Source: Candidatus Micrarchaeota archaeon
GTDB lineage: Archaea; Micrarchaeota; Micrarchaeia; Micrarchaeales; CABMGC01
DNA length: 64,000 bases
Assembly: GCA_964501245.1 (NCBI GenBank)
Contig: CAZCSE010000001.1
Span: forward strand, 27,020-91,019
Direction of reading: 5' to 3'
The notes beneath the pieces were generated by a model. That model had not been told where the DNA came from. It searched no databases and worked only from the letters and a program-made list of their open reading frames with translations. A program made the position numbers and the translations under genes. This document shows positions 35,291-45,053 of the stretch, piece by piece (position 1 is the first letter of the stretch; each line of letters starts with the position of its first letter).

Positions 35291-36097
35291 ATGGTACACA
35301 GGTATCTTGATCCGTACATAGGTGCGTTCGTGGTAGAACTTAAGGATAGTTTCTACTATAGAGCGAACTTTCTTGCCAGTATGCTCTTTAATGGAGGCTA
35401 TGCCCTGGTTATGATTTTCGTCTGGACTGCAATCTTTGCAAATTCTAGTCAGACCCAGATATCTGGTTTCACTCAGCTAGACATATACGCGTATTTCTTT
35501 GTTTTTACTGCTTTCTTTGCCCTGTCCGAAACCAACATAAACTACATAATACAGAGCAGTGTAATGGATGGCACAATAGTCATAAGCAGGGTCAGGCCGA
35601 TATCTTATATTGCACAGGTTATACTGCAGGCTCTTAGCCGCACAGTAATGCTTGCCGTTACTTTCGTCCTACCTCTCTTTTTGGTAGGCATCCTTATAGG
35701 CCATATACCAGTAACGGCATATGGGCTTGGCATTGCTATAGGGGTTTTCCTGATTGGATTTACGTTATTCTCATTAATCAGCTTCCTAGTAGGAACAATT
35801 GCAATCATCATAACAAATGTCCGTGGGATTATGCAGATAGTAACATCGCTTATAGTGATTGCAGCAGGAGGCGCAATACCACTGATTATGCTTCCGCCAT
35901 ATCTTGCAAACATAGCTTTCGCCCTGCCATTCCAGACAATGGGTTATCTCCCTACAGCTGCAATTATGGGGATAGCAACCCCCTCTGCAATAGCAAATGG
36001 GATTATTATCGGATGTATATGGATAGTTGCACTTTTTATCATCTCATTCTTTTGGTGGGGGAGAGTGAGTAAGAAAATTACATCAGTAGGTGGTTAA
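35291..36097 (+). CDS. ABC-2-type transporter permease
   Basis: The ATG at 35291 lies just after the ATPase stop. About 6 TM helices. Paired with a second, similar permease. Confidence 0.65.
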   Translation: MVHRYLDPYIGAFVVELKDSFYYRANFLASMLFNGGYALVMIFVWTAIFANSSQTQISGFTQLDIYAYFFVFTAFFALSETNINYIIQSSVMDGTIVISRVRPISYIAQVILQALSRTVMLAVTFVLPLFLVGILIGHIPVTAYGLGIAIGVFLIGFTLFSLISFLVGTIAIIITNVRGIMQIVTSLIVIAAGGAIPLIMLPPYLANIAFALPFQTMGYLPTAAIMGIATPSAIANGIIIGCIWIVALFIISFFWWGRVSKKITSVGG

Positions 36098-36886
36098 ATG
36101 AATAGACTTTCTGCAAACCTTAGATTCTTGATAGATCTTCAGAAGATTAACTGGAAGAGCTTTCTTACGTATAGGTTACAGGCAGCTGTGTGGATGCTGG
36201 GAGAGGCAGTAACAATCCTGTATAGTATAGTAGCAATAACCGTAGTCTATACGATCTCAAATGGGATATTCGGATGGTCCTATTTTCAGGTTCTTGCACT
36301 GGCAGGTATAACAAATATGATATTCAGTTTGTCTGCATACATGATAGTGCCACATGAGATCATAAGTAGACTAAGGGACGGTAAGATAGATATGTGGTTT
36401 ACCAAGCCGTACAGTTATCTTATGATACTCTCAGGTGCATTCGGTTCACCTACCGCACTGGCAGGATTTGTATCTGGACTTGGCTTATTAGTATACTCTG
36501 TAATACAGCTTCATGTACAGGCCATTAAGCTCCTCTATTTCATACCTACTTTTATCGCAGGCACTGCAGCATTTATCATGTTTATTCTTATGATTACAGT
36601 TGTTTCATATATTCTGTTTAAGAGCGGAGATTTTATAGATGATATGAAGAACATGTTAGGAGGATTAGGCCAGTATCCGCTGAGCGTCTATGGCATCTTA
36701 GGCCAGCTGATATTCACTATTTTAATACCGATAGGAATAGCTTATTATTATCCGGCAGAGGTACTATTCGGTTTCGTAGGAATAGAAGGTACCATAGCTG
36801 AGTTACTGCTTTCGATAGTGATAATTTTAGTATCAAGGAAGATAATTTATGAGGTTCTCAAGGGTTACAGCAGCGGAGGAGGCTAG
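36098..36886 (+). CDS. ABC-2-type transporter permease
   Basis: 262 aa with about 6 TM helices. The start abuts the previous stop. Confidence 0.65.
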   Translation: MNRLSANLRFLIDLQKINWKSFLTYRLQAAVWMLGEAVTILYSIVAITVVYTISNGIFGWSYFQVLALAGITNMIFSLSAYMIVPHEIISRLRDGKIDMWFTKPYSYLMILSGAFGSPTALAGFVSGLGLLVYSVIQLHVQAIKLLYFIPTFIAGTAAFIMFILMITVVSYILFKSGDFIDDMKNMLGGLGQYPLSVYGILGQLIFTILIPIGIAYYYPAEVLFGFVGIEGTIAELLLSIVIILVSRKIIYEVLKGYSSGGG

Positions 36887-37016
36887 AGTTATATTATTTG
36901 GCTGTAAAAATAAATTGGGGAGAATATAGTAACAAAACAGCTTGAGAATAGTAATTCGAAGGAGAGCATACTGAAAAAGCTAAGCGACTATGACCTTTAT
37001 GAGATAACAGATAGAT

Positions 37017-37571
37017 TTGGCAGGAGATGATGATATACCTATACCTAATAGGATTGTGGCGGAGCTATTGAATTACAAAAAATCCGGTACGGTGCTGGAC
37101 CTGGGCGTAGGCTGGGGACGCGATGCCCTTTTCTTTGCATCGTCTGGATTTGATGTCTCTGGAGTAGACATCGATAGTAAGGCAATAGAGTTATTCAGGA
37201 AAAAAGCAGCTGATGCAGGGATAAATGTAAGGGCAGAGCTGGCAGACGTGCAGAAATACAACATTGCTGCAGAATATGACGTGATTGTCTCCGTATCTAC
37301 TCTGCACTTTACAACAGATCCAGGAAAGATAATCCAGGATATGAAAACGCATACCAAAAAACTGGGCTTTAACGTAATAAGCGTTTTTACAAAGGAGAAT
37401 CCTGACAAAGGGTTTGCGCATTTGTTTGGACAGGATGAGTTAAGGCATTATTATGATGATTGGGAGATATTGCATTACAATGAATATCTTACCGATCTGG
37501 AAGAGCACGATAACCTTAAGCCGCACAGGCATTTCATTGCTGAGATAATAGCGCGCAAGGGCGCTGTTTGA
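37017..37571 (+). CDS. TehB-like class I SAM-dependent methyltransferase
   Basis: 184 aa. VLDLGVGWGRDALFFASSGFDVSGVDID. TTG start. Confidence 0.7.
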   Translation: MAGDDDIPIPNRIVAELLNYKKSGTVLDLGVGWGRDALFFASSGFDVSGVDIDSKAIELFRKKAADAGINVRAELADVQKYNIAAEYDVIVSVSTLHFTTDPGKIIQDMKTHTKKLGFNVISVFTKENPDKGFAHLFGQDELRHYYDDWEILHYNEYLTDLEEHDNLKPHRHFIAEIIARKGAV

Positions 37572-37592
37572 CACAGGTATTCTGCATGGCAG

Positions 37593-37997
37593 CTATCTTA
37601 TCTCAGTTATGGAGACGCCCATCTCCGTTTTCAGGATGCGGAAGTGCTTTGTGTCCTTAGTCAGTACAGAGGCTTCTTTTGCCAGCGCCTGGGCCGCTAT
37701 CAGTATATCAAAATCATCGACTTTCTTGCCTTTTGAGATGAGCTTTGCAGAGATCCTTGAAGCCAGTATGGAATCTGCATAAGTAAAGTCTGAAACCGCT
37801 ATCTTATCAAAAAACTTCAGTACTTTTGGGTACGATGAGTTCATGCCTTTTTCCACCATGTATCGCTCCCCAGTCAGCACTTCGTAGGCGCATATCGAAC
37901 TCGTATATGCCTCTTCTGCAGCTTTTATTGCATCTGACACGTCCTTGTTGCTCTTGAAGAGTTCAATAATTGCGGATGAATCAAGGAATATCTTCAT
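37593..37997 (-). CDS. vapC: PIN-domain ribonuclease toxin
   Basis: 134 aa. IFLDSSAIIELF, AYEVL, DFDILIAAQA, TKDTKHF. Confidence 0.75.
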   Translation of the reverse strand: MKIFLDSSAIIELFKSNKDVSDAIKAAEEAYTSSICAYEVLTGERYMVEKGMNSSYPKVLKFFDKIAVSDFTYADSILASRISAKLISKGKKVDDFDILIAAQALAKEASVLTKDTKHFRILKTEMGVSITEIR

Positions 37998-38224
37998 GCC
38001 CTCATCCTTGCGTTCTTTCTTAACCTTTTAATGACCCTTTCAACAGCCTCGGCTTCTTCGCTCGGCATTATGCCTGCGAACTGCAGCAAATCACCGGTGC
38101 TGGTCTGCTTTGCGTTGTCTGAAAGCTCTATCAGAAGCTCTGTAAAGCTCTTTTTACCCTTTCTTGAAGCTAATTTTTGATATGCCTCATCACTTATCAT
38201 TATGGTCTTCATAAGCTCATCCAT
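37994..38224 (-). CDS. vapB: VapB-like antitoxin
   Basis: 76 aa. TIMISDEAYQKLASRKGKKSFTELLIELS. 4-nt overlap with vapC. Confidence 0.6.
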   Translation of the reverse strand: MDELMKTIMISDEAYQKLASRKGKKSFTELLIELSDNAKQTSTGDLLQFAGIMPSEEAEAVERVIKRLRKNARMRA

Positions 38225-38226
38225 TA

Positions 38227-38248
38227 ACTATATACAGACTATATACAG
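38227..38248. promoter_or_regulatory. tandem 11-bp direct repeat ACTATATACAG x2 immediately upstream of vapB (putative operator)
   Basis: Read directly from the sequence. Begins 3 nt upstream of the vapB start codon. Confidence 0.3.
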
Positions 38249-38389
38249 ATTATACATATTTAAGTTTTGCGGCAGGTTGCATAGAAACAGGCATAAAGAT
38301 ACCCTATACACTGCTGAAGGTTTACAGCAGCAGAGGCTAGAATTATATCATTTGCCTGCCAGATTATACGGGTGGAAGAGGTTATCTGA

Positions 38390-38911
38390 ATGGATAAGAT
38401 AGAAGCTGATAATGTGGAAATGGTAGATGTAGTAGACAAGAGTAACAGAGTGATAGGGGAGACTCCTAGGAAAGGAGTGCACAAAACAGACAAGCTCCAT
38501 AGGGCCGTACATATATTCATGCTTGATTCCAATGGAAGGTTATGGATAGAGAGAAGGGGCCAGAGCGTAGATACACATCCTGGCTTTTATGACTCGTCTG
38601 CTGCAGGCCATGTCAGCAATGGTGAGAGTTATGATGATGCAGCGTACAGGGAAGCGGTAGAAGAGCTTGGAATAGAAGGCCTCGATCTGAAGCCCTCTTA
38701 TGATCTTCCTTTAGGGCCTGATACCAAGAATGAGTTTGTCAGGTTATATATTACAAGATCTGACAAGAAGCCGCGCTTGCATGAAGATGCAGGATCCCAG
38801 GAGCTTTATAATATTGAGGAAATAGACATGAAGATAAAGAACGGGGAGAAGTTTGTGCCTACCTTCCTGCTTCTCTTTGACTGGTACAAGAGAAATAAAA
38901 GGACAATATAA
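38390..38911 (+). CDS. Nudix hydrolase (Idi-like subfamily pattern)
   Basis: 173 aa. Nudix box GHVSNGESYDDAAYREAVEELGI; upstream HRAVHIFMLDSNGRLWIERR. Confidence 0.75.
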   Translation: MDKIEADNVEMVDVVDKSNRVIGETPRKGVHKTDKLHRAVHIFMLDSNGRLWIERRGQSVDTHPGFYDSSAAGHVSNGESYDDAAYREAVEELGIEGLDLKPSYDLPLGPDTKNEFVRLYITRSDKKPRLHEDAGSQELYNIEEIDMKIKNGEKFVPTFLLLFDWYKRNKRTI

Positions 38912-39116
38912 ACGTACTTCCAACAGACTGATAAGTAATATGGGGTTCGTACATGAAGATACCAGAATAGAGGCATTAAATGATAAAGCTACTGGCAAGC
39001 TGCATGATGAACACATATACAGGCTGCTGAGGAAGGAATACCTTGCAAAGAAACAGCGTTAGAGTCAGTTATTCAAGTAAAATAAGTATTGAACACTTAC
39101 ATGGGCAATATTTATT

Positions 39117-39989
39117 TTATAGAATGTGAGGCAGTACAAGTATAATAATTATCAGGAGGTCTAATGCCAATGTATTGACCTTCGTGTAAAAAGATATCTT
39201 ACGCATGTATTTTGTGTCTTTTGTCCTGCTTATCATAGATAGGATGAGAATTATTGTTACATAAAAGAAAAGGGTTGTTAAAAGTAAGATGTTCAGATAT
39301 CCCAAGACTACAAACAAGATAAGTATGATGTAAGCTATCGTTATCATCGCGTACTGAAAGTTAAGCGCTTTCTTTACTCCCAGTACTAACGGGATTGTTT
39401 TCCTGTGTTCTTCAGCATCGCCCTTCATATCCGAATAGTCTTTTACTATGCTTATGCTGAAATAAAGCAAGGTTATGAATGCAATTACAGGAAGGTATGT
39501 GACCAGGTTAGTTGTATGAGAATTTGCTCCGAAGAAACCCATGAGAAATGATAGGAAGCCATACATTACTGCTATCCATACATAATTCAGTATGAATTTT
39601 TCCTTTACTTTAGCGTACATCGAATATAGTATACCAAACACTACCTCTACTAAAAGAACGATGTAGAAGTAAGGTGCTGGTTTTAACAGAAAGAATGCTA
39701 TCAGGAATGAGCATGCAAGGAATATCGCATATAGTATAAGCAATTCTTCCTTTAGAAGATACTTGTGCAGGTTTGATCTTTTGTCATTTATTTCATCCAG
39801 ATGCCAGTCAGAATAGTGATTTATTACGTTTATGCCTAAATCCCAGCACGCCACTATTATGAGCATAAGTAATATTCCAAGAATTGAAGATGATCCTGCA
39901 GATAGAAATCCTATTATTGAAGGTGGCAGAACTACCAGCAGCGTCTCTGCAAAAAATGCTTCTCTTATTCCTTTTATCTTGTTCCTCAT
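39117..39989 (-). CDS. UbiA-family membrane prenyltransferase
   Basis: 290 aa with about 8-9 TM helices. First Asp-rich motif NHYSDWHLDEIND (NxxxDxxxD). Second motif KDYSDMKGDAEEHRKTIP. 4-nt overlap with the upstream gene. Confidence 0.75.
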   Translation of the reverse strand: MRNKIKGIREAFFAETLLVVLPPSIIGFLSAGSSSILGILLMLIIVACWDLGINVINHYSDWHLDEINDKRSNLHKYLLKEELLILYAIFLACSFLIAFFLLKPAPYFYIVLLVEVVFGILYSMYAKVKEKFILNYVWIAVMYGFLSFLMGFFGANSHTTNLVTYLPVIAFITLLYFSISIVKDYSDMKGDAEEHRKTIPLVLGVKKALNFQYAMITIAYIILILFVVLGYLNILLLTTLFFYVTIILILSMISRTKDTKYMRKISFYTKVNTLALDLLIIIILVLPHIL

Positions 39990-41116
39990 TTAATCTCCAA
40001 TGATATAGACAGATTGAACATGCCTTTTTCTATCTTACTTGATAGGAATTGTGCATTTATATCCCTTCCTGATACTGCACTTATAAATCCTGAAAATGCA
40101 CCTCTCACAAATGGTACCTTTGTAGTTGAAAGTTCTTCTGAGAACCATGGATACCCATTAAACACTACTTCAGATTTTTTATCGTTAATTTTTATTACTT
40201 TCACATTGCCATAGCCGAGGGCAGTCATAAGCCTGCTTAAAAATAAGTATGGATCTTTCAAACCGTTGTAATATTTCCCTAATTCATAGAAATATTTGCG
40301 TGACGATTCAAAGATAATATCTTCTGGTAAGGATTTTTCAAGTTGCAATAATCCGAAGCTCTCGAATGGTATGTAACGGCATTGGTCCTTGTTCAGGAAC
40401 ATTTTACCGGCTTCATAGGTTAGAATCTTTTCATCCATTAATTTTTTTATTGTGGCCCCATCTGTAGGCAGAGTCATAGGTAATTTGTTATTGGCATAAT
40501 ATTGTAAAATATTTAACTTCCCAGTAATATCAGCCTCCATGACTTCTGCAATGTTGTTTGACTTAAGATATTCTGCATCTGAATTTATTAACGAGAATCT
40601 TTCTCCTTGTATGTTTTTTACTGCACATTCGATTTTTTCATTGTTAAGCATGGAGCTGAAGAAACCTGCCCATGCTCCAAGAATCCAATAGCTATATCTA
40701 TCTTTTTTGGATCCTGCTGGTTCTAAAACTTCCAGATTTATTGCAACGACCTTATGATTTGTTTTTTTAATCTTCAACTGTATTTCCTTGGCATATAAAG
40801 TTCCAAAAAAACTAGGCACTAGTGTTTTATAGATTTCTTCTTCTTTGGGGAAGTTGGTAATCTTAGCTACGTAGTACCCGTCTCCTTTACCTGCCTTATA
40901 AATTTCATCGAGCCCAGATTTCCCAAGTCGTTCTTCTACGATATCTTCTAAATTTATAAGGAATCTATCTGGAACCATTATTGTCCTCATGGCAACTTTT
41001 ACTCCTTCTATAGAATAGGAAGCCGTTATCAGATATCCAGGTATGTTTATCTTAAATATGTTTGATAGCAATAGTCTTTTAATAAAAAAATCCTTTACTT
41101 TATCAAATTTAGGCAA
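39986..41116 (-). CDS. hypothetical protein, possibly two V4R-like small-molecule-binding domains
   Basis: 376 aa. Two halves each show the pattern Y..GK..G...A ... G...G....... (ILGAWAGFFSSMLNNEKIECAVKNIQGERFSL; FVRGAFSGFISAVSGRDINAQFLSSKIEKGMFNLSI). Assigned by eye only. Confidence 0.35.
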   Translation of the reverse strand: MPKFDKVKDFFIKRLLLSNIFKINIPGYLITASYSIEGVKVAMRTIMVPDRFLINLEDIVEERLGKSGLDEIYKAGKGDGYYVAKITNFPKEEEIYKTLVPSFFGTLYAKEIQLKIKKTNHKVVAINLEVLEPAGSKKDRYSYWILGAWAGFFSSMLNNEKIECAVKNIQGERFSLINSDAEYLKSNNIAEVMEADITGKLNILQYYANNKLPMTLPTDGATIKKLMDEKILTYEAGKMFLNKDQCRYIPFESFGLLQLEKSLPEDIIFESSRKYFYELGKYYNGLKDPYLFLSRLMTALGYGNVKVIKINDKKSEVVFNGYPWFSEELSTTKVPFVRGAFSGFISAVSGRDINAQFLSSKIEKGMFNLSISLEIK

Positions 41117-41120
41117 TTTA

Positions 41121-41948
41121 TCACTTGTCTATGGAGATACCTTTCTCTGAGAATTCAAAACTTTGTAGTTTAGGGTCTATTTTAGTAGTTCTCATTTTTG
41201 ATATCTTTAGTGTCCTTAGAGTTTCACCACCTGTATCGCTTAGGCCTGTCTCTATAACGCCATCACAAGCGTATTCACTAACACCGTCAAGTGTTATTTT
41301 GCCAGAATTGTCATTAGCAAATGTTACTATGAGATTAGTGGTTTCAAGTTTTCTTAGTTGATCTATGATTATGCTTATCAGCCTTTTCTCCTGATCGCCC
41401 TGATAAACAATTTTATCACTATCCTGCTTAGGAGAGGCTGCAAGAGCACTGCTGTTTGTAGCTATCAGATCTCGTGTAGTAGTAACATTTGATGCTGCGG
41501 CTCCCGCATATGCTGCAGGTACTGTAAACAGATCCATGTTTATTACAAATGTTGGCAGGCTATCGAATACGAGCCTCTTTGCGCCTATTTTTTTAACTGC
41601 GTCTTCTATAGTGTAGAAAAGGTCGAATTTCCTCTTTGTCAGAGGAACATGTATGAAAATTACCTTGCCTTCCTGCTCCAGCTTTTCGAAGTCCATTCCG
41701 AATTGTTTAGCTTGAGTTTTTAAGATGTCTAATGCAGAATCCATATACACATAAACTCCGTTCTCCCCATTCATTGCTCCGTTATAAAGGTACTGCATTG
41801 AAAATATGGATTTGCCGCTTCCCGGAGGACCTGTTATAAGTATTGATGACCTTTTTGGAAATCCCCCTTCTACCAATTCGTCGAATCCTTTTATCCCTGT
41901 TGCTACTCTTTCTACCACTATACCAACCCTGTGAAGCTCTCTGGTCAA
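41121..41948 (-). CDS. KaiC/RadA-like single-domain ATPase
   Basis: 275 aa with TTG start. GIKGFDELVEGGFPKRSSILITGPPGSGKSIFSMQYL (Walker A) and RLVFDSL (Walker B). An Ala/Ser-rich insert lies between them. Confidence 0.75.
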   Translation of the reverse strand: MTRELHRVGIVVERVATGIKGFDELVEGGFPKRSSILITGPPGSGKSIFSMQYLYNGAMNGENGVYVYMDSALDILKTQAKQFGMDFEKLEQEGKVIFIHVPLTKRKFDLFYTIEDAVKKIGAKRLVFDSLPTFVINMDLFTVPAAYAGAAASNVTTTRDLIATNSSALAASPKQDSDKIVYQGDQEKRLISIIIDQLRKLETTNLIVTFANDNSGKITLDGVSEYACDGVIETGLSDTGGETLRTLKISKMRTTKIDPKLQSFEFSEKGISIDK

Positions 41949-42199
41949 GAGCTACATGCCTTACTATTTGATGTGCATTTCCACATATAAATAGCTATCG
42001 CATGTCCGTCGTTAACAATTAGGCAGATTAAAGACAGGTTTATAAATTAGCAACCTGCTCAATCGTTGATTGACGTGGTTATACAAGGATATATTTTGAT
42101 AACAGCATGGTTTTTAAATTTGTGAACAGATTTTGAATTGTGATTAACATGGAGGGAGAAAAAGGAAAAGGAGGTTCTGGAGGTTAGATAAATCTATTT

Positions 42200-43612
42200 T
42201 TAGTCTTGAGGATATACTTCCTTTTTTATTGTTTCTGGAGTATACTTGTAATGTTCTATAAGTATTTCGTATTGTCGTGTTTGTATTTTGTCAAATAACC
42301 TATGATTTGTTGAACCTATAAGAACACCTGTTATTACGAGTGTTTCTATAGTTACTCCGTTTATTAATTTAGATAGCTTATCTCTCTTTATTTCTATTTC
42401 ATCATTACCTATTATTGAAGTTAGTAATAATATACCTCTAGGTGCCATTATATCGCTTCCGAAAGAATACACATCGAATTTCCGTTTGTCTTCTTTTATT
42501 ATTTCAAGTAATAGATTTTTTCTACTGGGAGCCCATTTATCAAAATTCACATGATTTATTATAAACAATACATCTGATTTTGATTTTGCATCTGAAATAG
42601 AAATAGTAGACCTTTTAATTATCCCTCTTTTAGTTAACTGATGATATGCGTAGTTAGATCTGCCAGTGTCTGCTCCTATCTCTTTGTCTATAGATGTAAA
42701 ATCAGCTGCAGCGTTGTTATTCATTGCTTTTAGCACATTATACTCCATCTCTGTTATCTCATCATGCGCAGGTCTTGGTTTTTCCTTTGTTCTTGTCCAG
42801 ATCTTCTCTTTGAGTACTTCGAAGAATTGTTTACGAAGCGGGATGAAGCCGAAAGTGTATTGAAATGCAGGAGTTACTGTCCATTCAAGATCATAAGAGG
42901 TAAGGAAATGTTCCATAATCTCATATATGGTTATTCTAGCATCATTCGTACTCTTCACTACTAAGAATATGACTATATCATATGTTCCTTTTGTTGTCAT
43001 GGCTACCTGGACATATGGAATCGCTTCCAGCTGCGTCTTCATCTCCTCGTATGTCGGTCTTTTGTCCTTGAACTTGACAAAGGCAATGTAGTTTATGTAT
43101 CCGAACTTCTCTATGTCCAATTCAAGTATGTACTTTATGTCATACTTCCTTTCAAGATTCCTAAGATGATAGTTAACTGCAGTGTTGCTGAGTCCTGTTA
43201 TCTTCGCAAGTTCAGGAACTGTTATTCTTGCATTCATCGAGAGCGCCCTTAGAATGTCGCGTTCATGTTTCTCCGTATTCTTCTTCCTTATACTCTCTTC
43301 GTAATTCTTCTTCTCCGCTTCCTTCAGTGATTCCTCCAATTCCTTTATCTTCTTCTCAGTATCCTCTTCAAGTTTGTTGAAGATCTTTGTCTTTAGGTCA
43401 TTATGCCTTGCAGGTATCAGCTGGCCTTCCTCTGTGAGCCATCCCAAGTATCTTGTAACCTTCTTCGGCTTCTTCTTCTCAGGATCGTAGATGCTTGTTG
43501 CCTCAAAGAGCCTGTACTTCCCATGCATAAATTTTGCCTGGACGTAATGGCCATACCCCTTCCTTATTGTCTGTACTGCCCTTTCTATATTCTCAGGAAG
43601 CCTTTTTGGCAC
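42200..43612 (-). CDS. transcriptional regulator with two tandem Lrp/AsnC-like (HTH + RAM) modules and an N-terminal extension
   Basis: 470 aa. HTH1 ERDILRALSMNARITVPELAKITGLSNTAVNYHLRNLE followed by a RAM-like beta-alpha-beta region. Second module: EYNVLKAMNNNAAADFTSIDKEIG...YAYHQLTKRGII plus a RAM-like region. Confidence 0.55.
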   Translation of the reverse strand: MPKRLPENIERAVQTIRKGYGHYVQAKFMHGKYRLFEATSIYDPEKKKPKKVTRYLGWLTEEGQLIPARHNDLKTKIFNKLEEDTEKKIKELEESLKEAEKKNYEESIRKKNTEKHERDILRALSMNARITVPELAKITGLSNTAVNYHLRNLERKYDIKYILELDIEKFGYINYIAFVKFKDKRPTYEEMKTQLEAIPYVQVAMTTKGTYDIVIFLVVKSTNDARITIYEIMEHFLTSYDLEWTVTPAFQYTFGFIPLRKQFFEVLKEKIWTRTKEKPRPAHDEITEMEYNVLKAMNNNAAADFTSIDKEIGADTGRSNYAYHQLTKRGIIKRSTISISDAKSKSDVLFIINHVNFDKWAPSRKNLLLEIIKEDKRKFDVYSFGSDIMAPRGILLLTSIIGNDEIEIKRDKLSKLINGVTIETLVITGVLIGSTNHRLFDKIQTRQYEILIEHYKYTPETIKKEVYPQD

Positions 43613-43976
43613 AACTCCACCTGTATTGTATGTGTAATACCTGATATTTAAAGTTGCATGTTTTACAGTTTTGTTGTCCTGAACGGGGAATTATATGGGT
43701 AAAGCGATTATCAAGTAGTATAACATTAGATTTAATACAGGATAAATACAGGTTAAATTTCAAAATAGCTATCTATACAGCCTTGTATTTAGCTCATTAA
43801 TAAATAAAAGTAGATTCATATGTATGGACAGGTGGATGAGATGGATACGAAGAATGAACCATTTATATGGTCGAATTCTTTTTTCCCAACCCAACCCTAC
43901 ATAACTCCATCTCATCTACTTCTTTTCGCAATATATCACGCTTAGCTGCAATCACACTTAACCTTGGTGGGTTAAA

Positions 43977-44234
43977 ATGGCAAAGAAAATAGCGAAGCTT
44001 CACAGATTGTTCTTTGTGAGGCCAAAGGAGAATACGAACGCAGATGAGCTTGCGGAGAGATTTGCAGGCTTTGAGAGTGTAGATGAGGTACTGCTTACCG
44101 AAGGGGACTATGGCTTCATAGTAAGGGCAAGGATCGGATCCTTAGAGGAGCAGAAGGAGCTTGCAAAGTCCATATCCGAAGTTTCTTCTGGAAGCTGTGG
44201 AACTGCAGTTAGTTATTACAGGTATAGGAAATAG
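43977..44234 (+). CDS. stand-alone RAM (Lrp/AsnC ligand-binding) domain protein
   Basis: 85 aa. LFFVRPKE...FESVDEVLLTEGDYGFIVRARIGS fits the RAM beta-alpha-beta-beta-alpha-beta pattern. No HTH. Confidence 0.5.
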   Translation: MAKKIAKLHRLFFVRPKENTNADELAERFAGFESVDEVLLTEGDYGFIVRARIGSLEEQKELAKSISEVSSGSCGTAVSYYRYRK

Positions 44235-44393
44235 TTTTGGAATGAGCGAAGAGCAATATTGTGTAGTGCTTATTGGGAAAGACTGATGGACACTGACTCG
44301 AAATCGCTTATAAGCAAAGGATTATAGTAAAGAATAAATATAATTCAGATATTGGTATTATGGTGTACCGTAATAAGGAATTGGCGGGTTTTT

Positions 44394-45053
44394 ATGATAA
44401 AACTCATAATATTTGATGCGGAGCATGTGCTTTACAATGCTGAAGATCAAATCAAGTACTTCAACTCAAAGCTTGCCGAATTTGTAAAGAATAATAGCAG
44501 TATCAGCTTAGAGGAGACGGGAGCCATGTGGAAAGACCTTGGAAAGGCAGTAGTGGTAGGCAAGATGTCCATACTTCAAGCCCACAAGGAGTTTATCTCA
44601 AGAATGGGGATTCGCCCCGAACTTATTGATGAATATGAAAAATTTGATAGAGAGTCATTCGATTATGCAAAGCCGATGGAGAATGGAGAAGAGAGGTACC
44701 TGAAGGATCTTAAAAAGAAGAATTACAAGCTTGCTGTTCTGTCTGATGGGGTTAATACAGCAGATACTAAAGCACTTATATTGAAAATAATCGGACTTGA
44801 TGGAATATTTGATAGAGTATTTGTATCATCTGACATAGGCCATAAGAAACCGGATAAAGAAACATACGAAACTGTCATGGATGCATTTAAAGTGAAGCCT
44901 TCAGAGACGGTCTTTGTCGGTCATGACCTTGACGAGCTTGAAGGTGCGATGGCTTTGGGTATTCACGTGATTTCATATAAAGGGGATAAGCTTGGTCATG
45001 AGGCATCTGATTTCCATAGGATGAATGAGATAATATACAGTTTGGACAGATAG
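44394..45053 (+). CDS. HAD-superfamily hydrolase
   Basis: The ATG at 44394 (MIKLIIFDAEHVLY) is preferred over the track start at 44352. VLSDG, KPDKETYE, FVGHDLDELEGA motifs. Confidence 0.7.
   Translation: MIKLIIFDAEHVLYNAEDQIKYFNSKLAEFVKNNSSISLEETGAMWKDLGKAVVVGKMSILQAHKEFISRMGIRPELIDEYEKFDRESFDYAKPMENGEERYLKDLKKKNYKLAVLSDGVNTADTKALILKIIGLDGIFDRVFVSSDIGHKKPDKETYETVMDAFKVKPSETVFVGHDLDELEGAMALGIHVISYKGDKLGHEASDFHRMNEIIYSLDR

Noticed and set aside
44235-44351. Possible C/D-box sRNA (ATGAGCG … CTGATGG … CTGA) in the spacer after the RAM-domain gene
   Set aside because: Box spacing (about 36 nt from the C-like box to the first CTGA) and box sequences do not fit the archaeal C-D'-C'-D layout, and no terminal stem is present.
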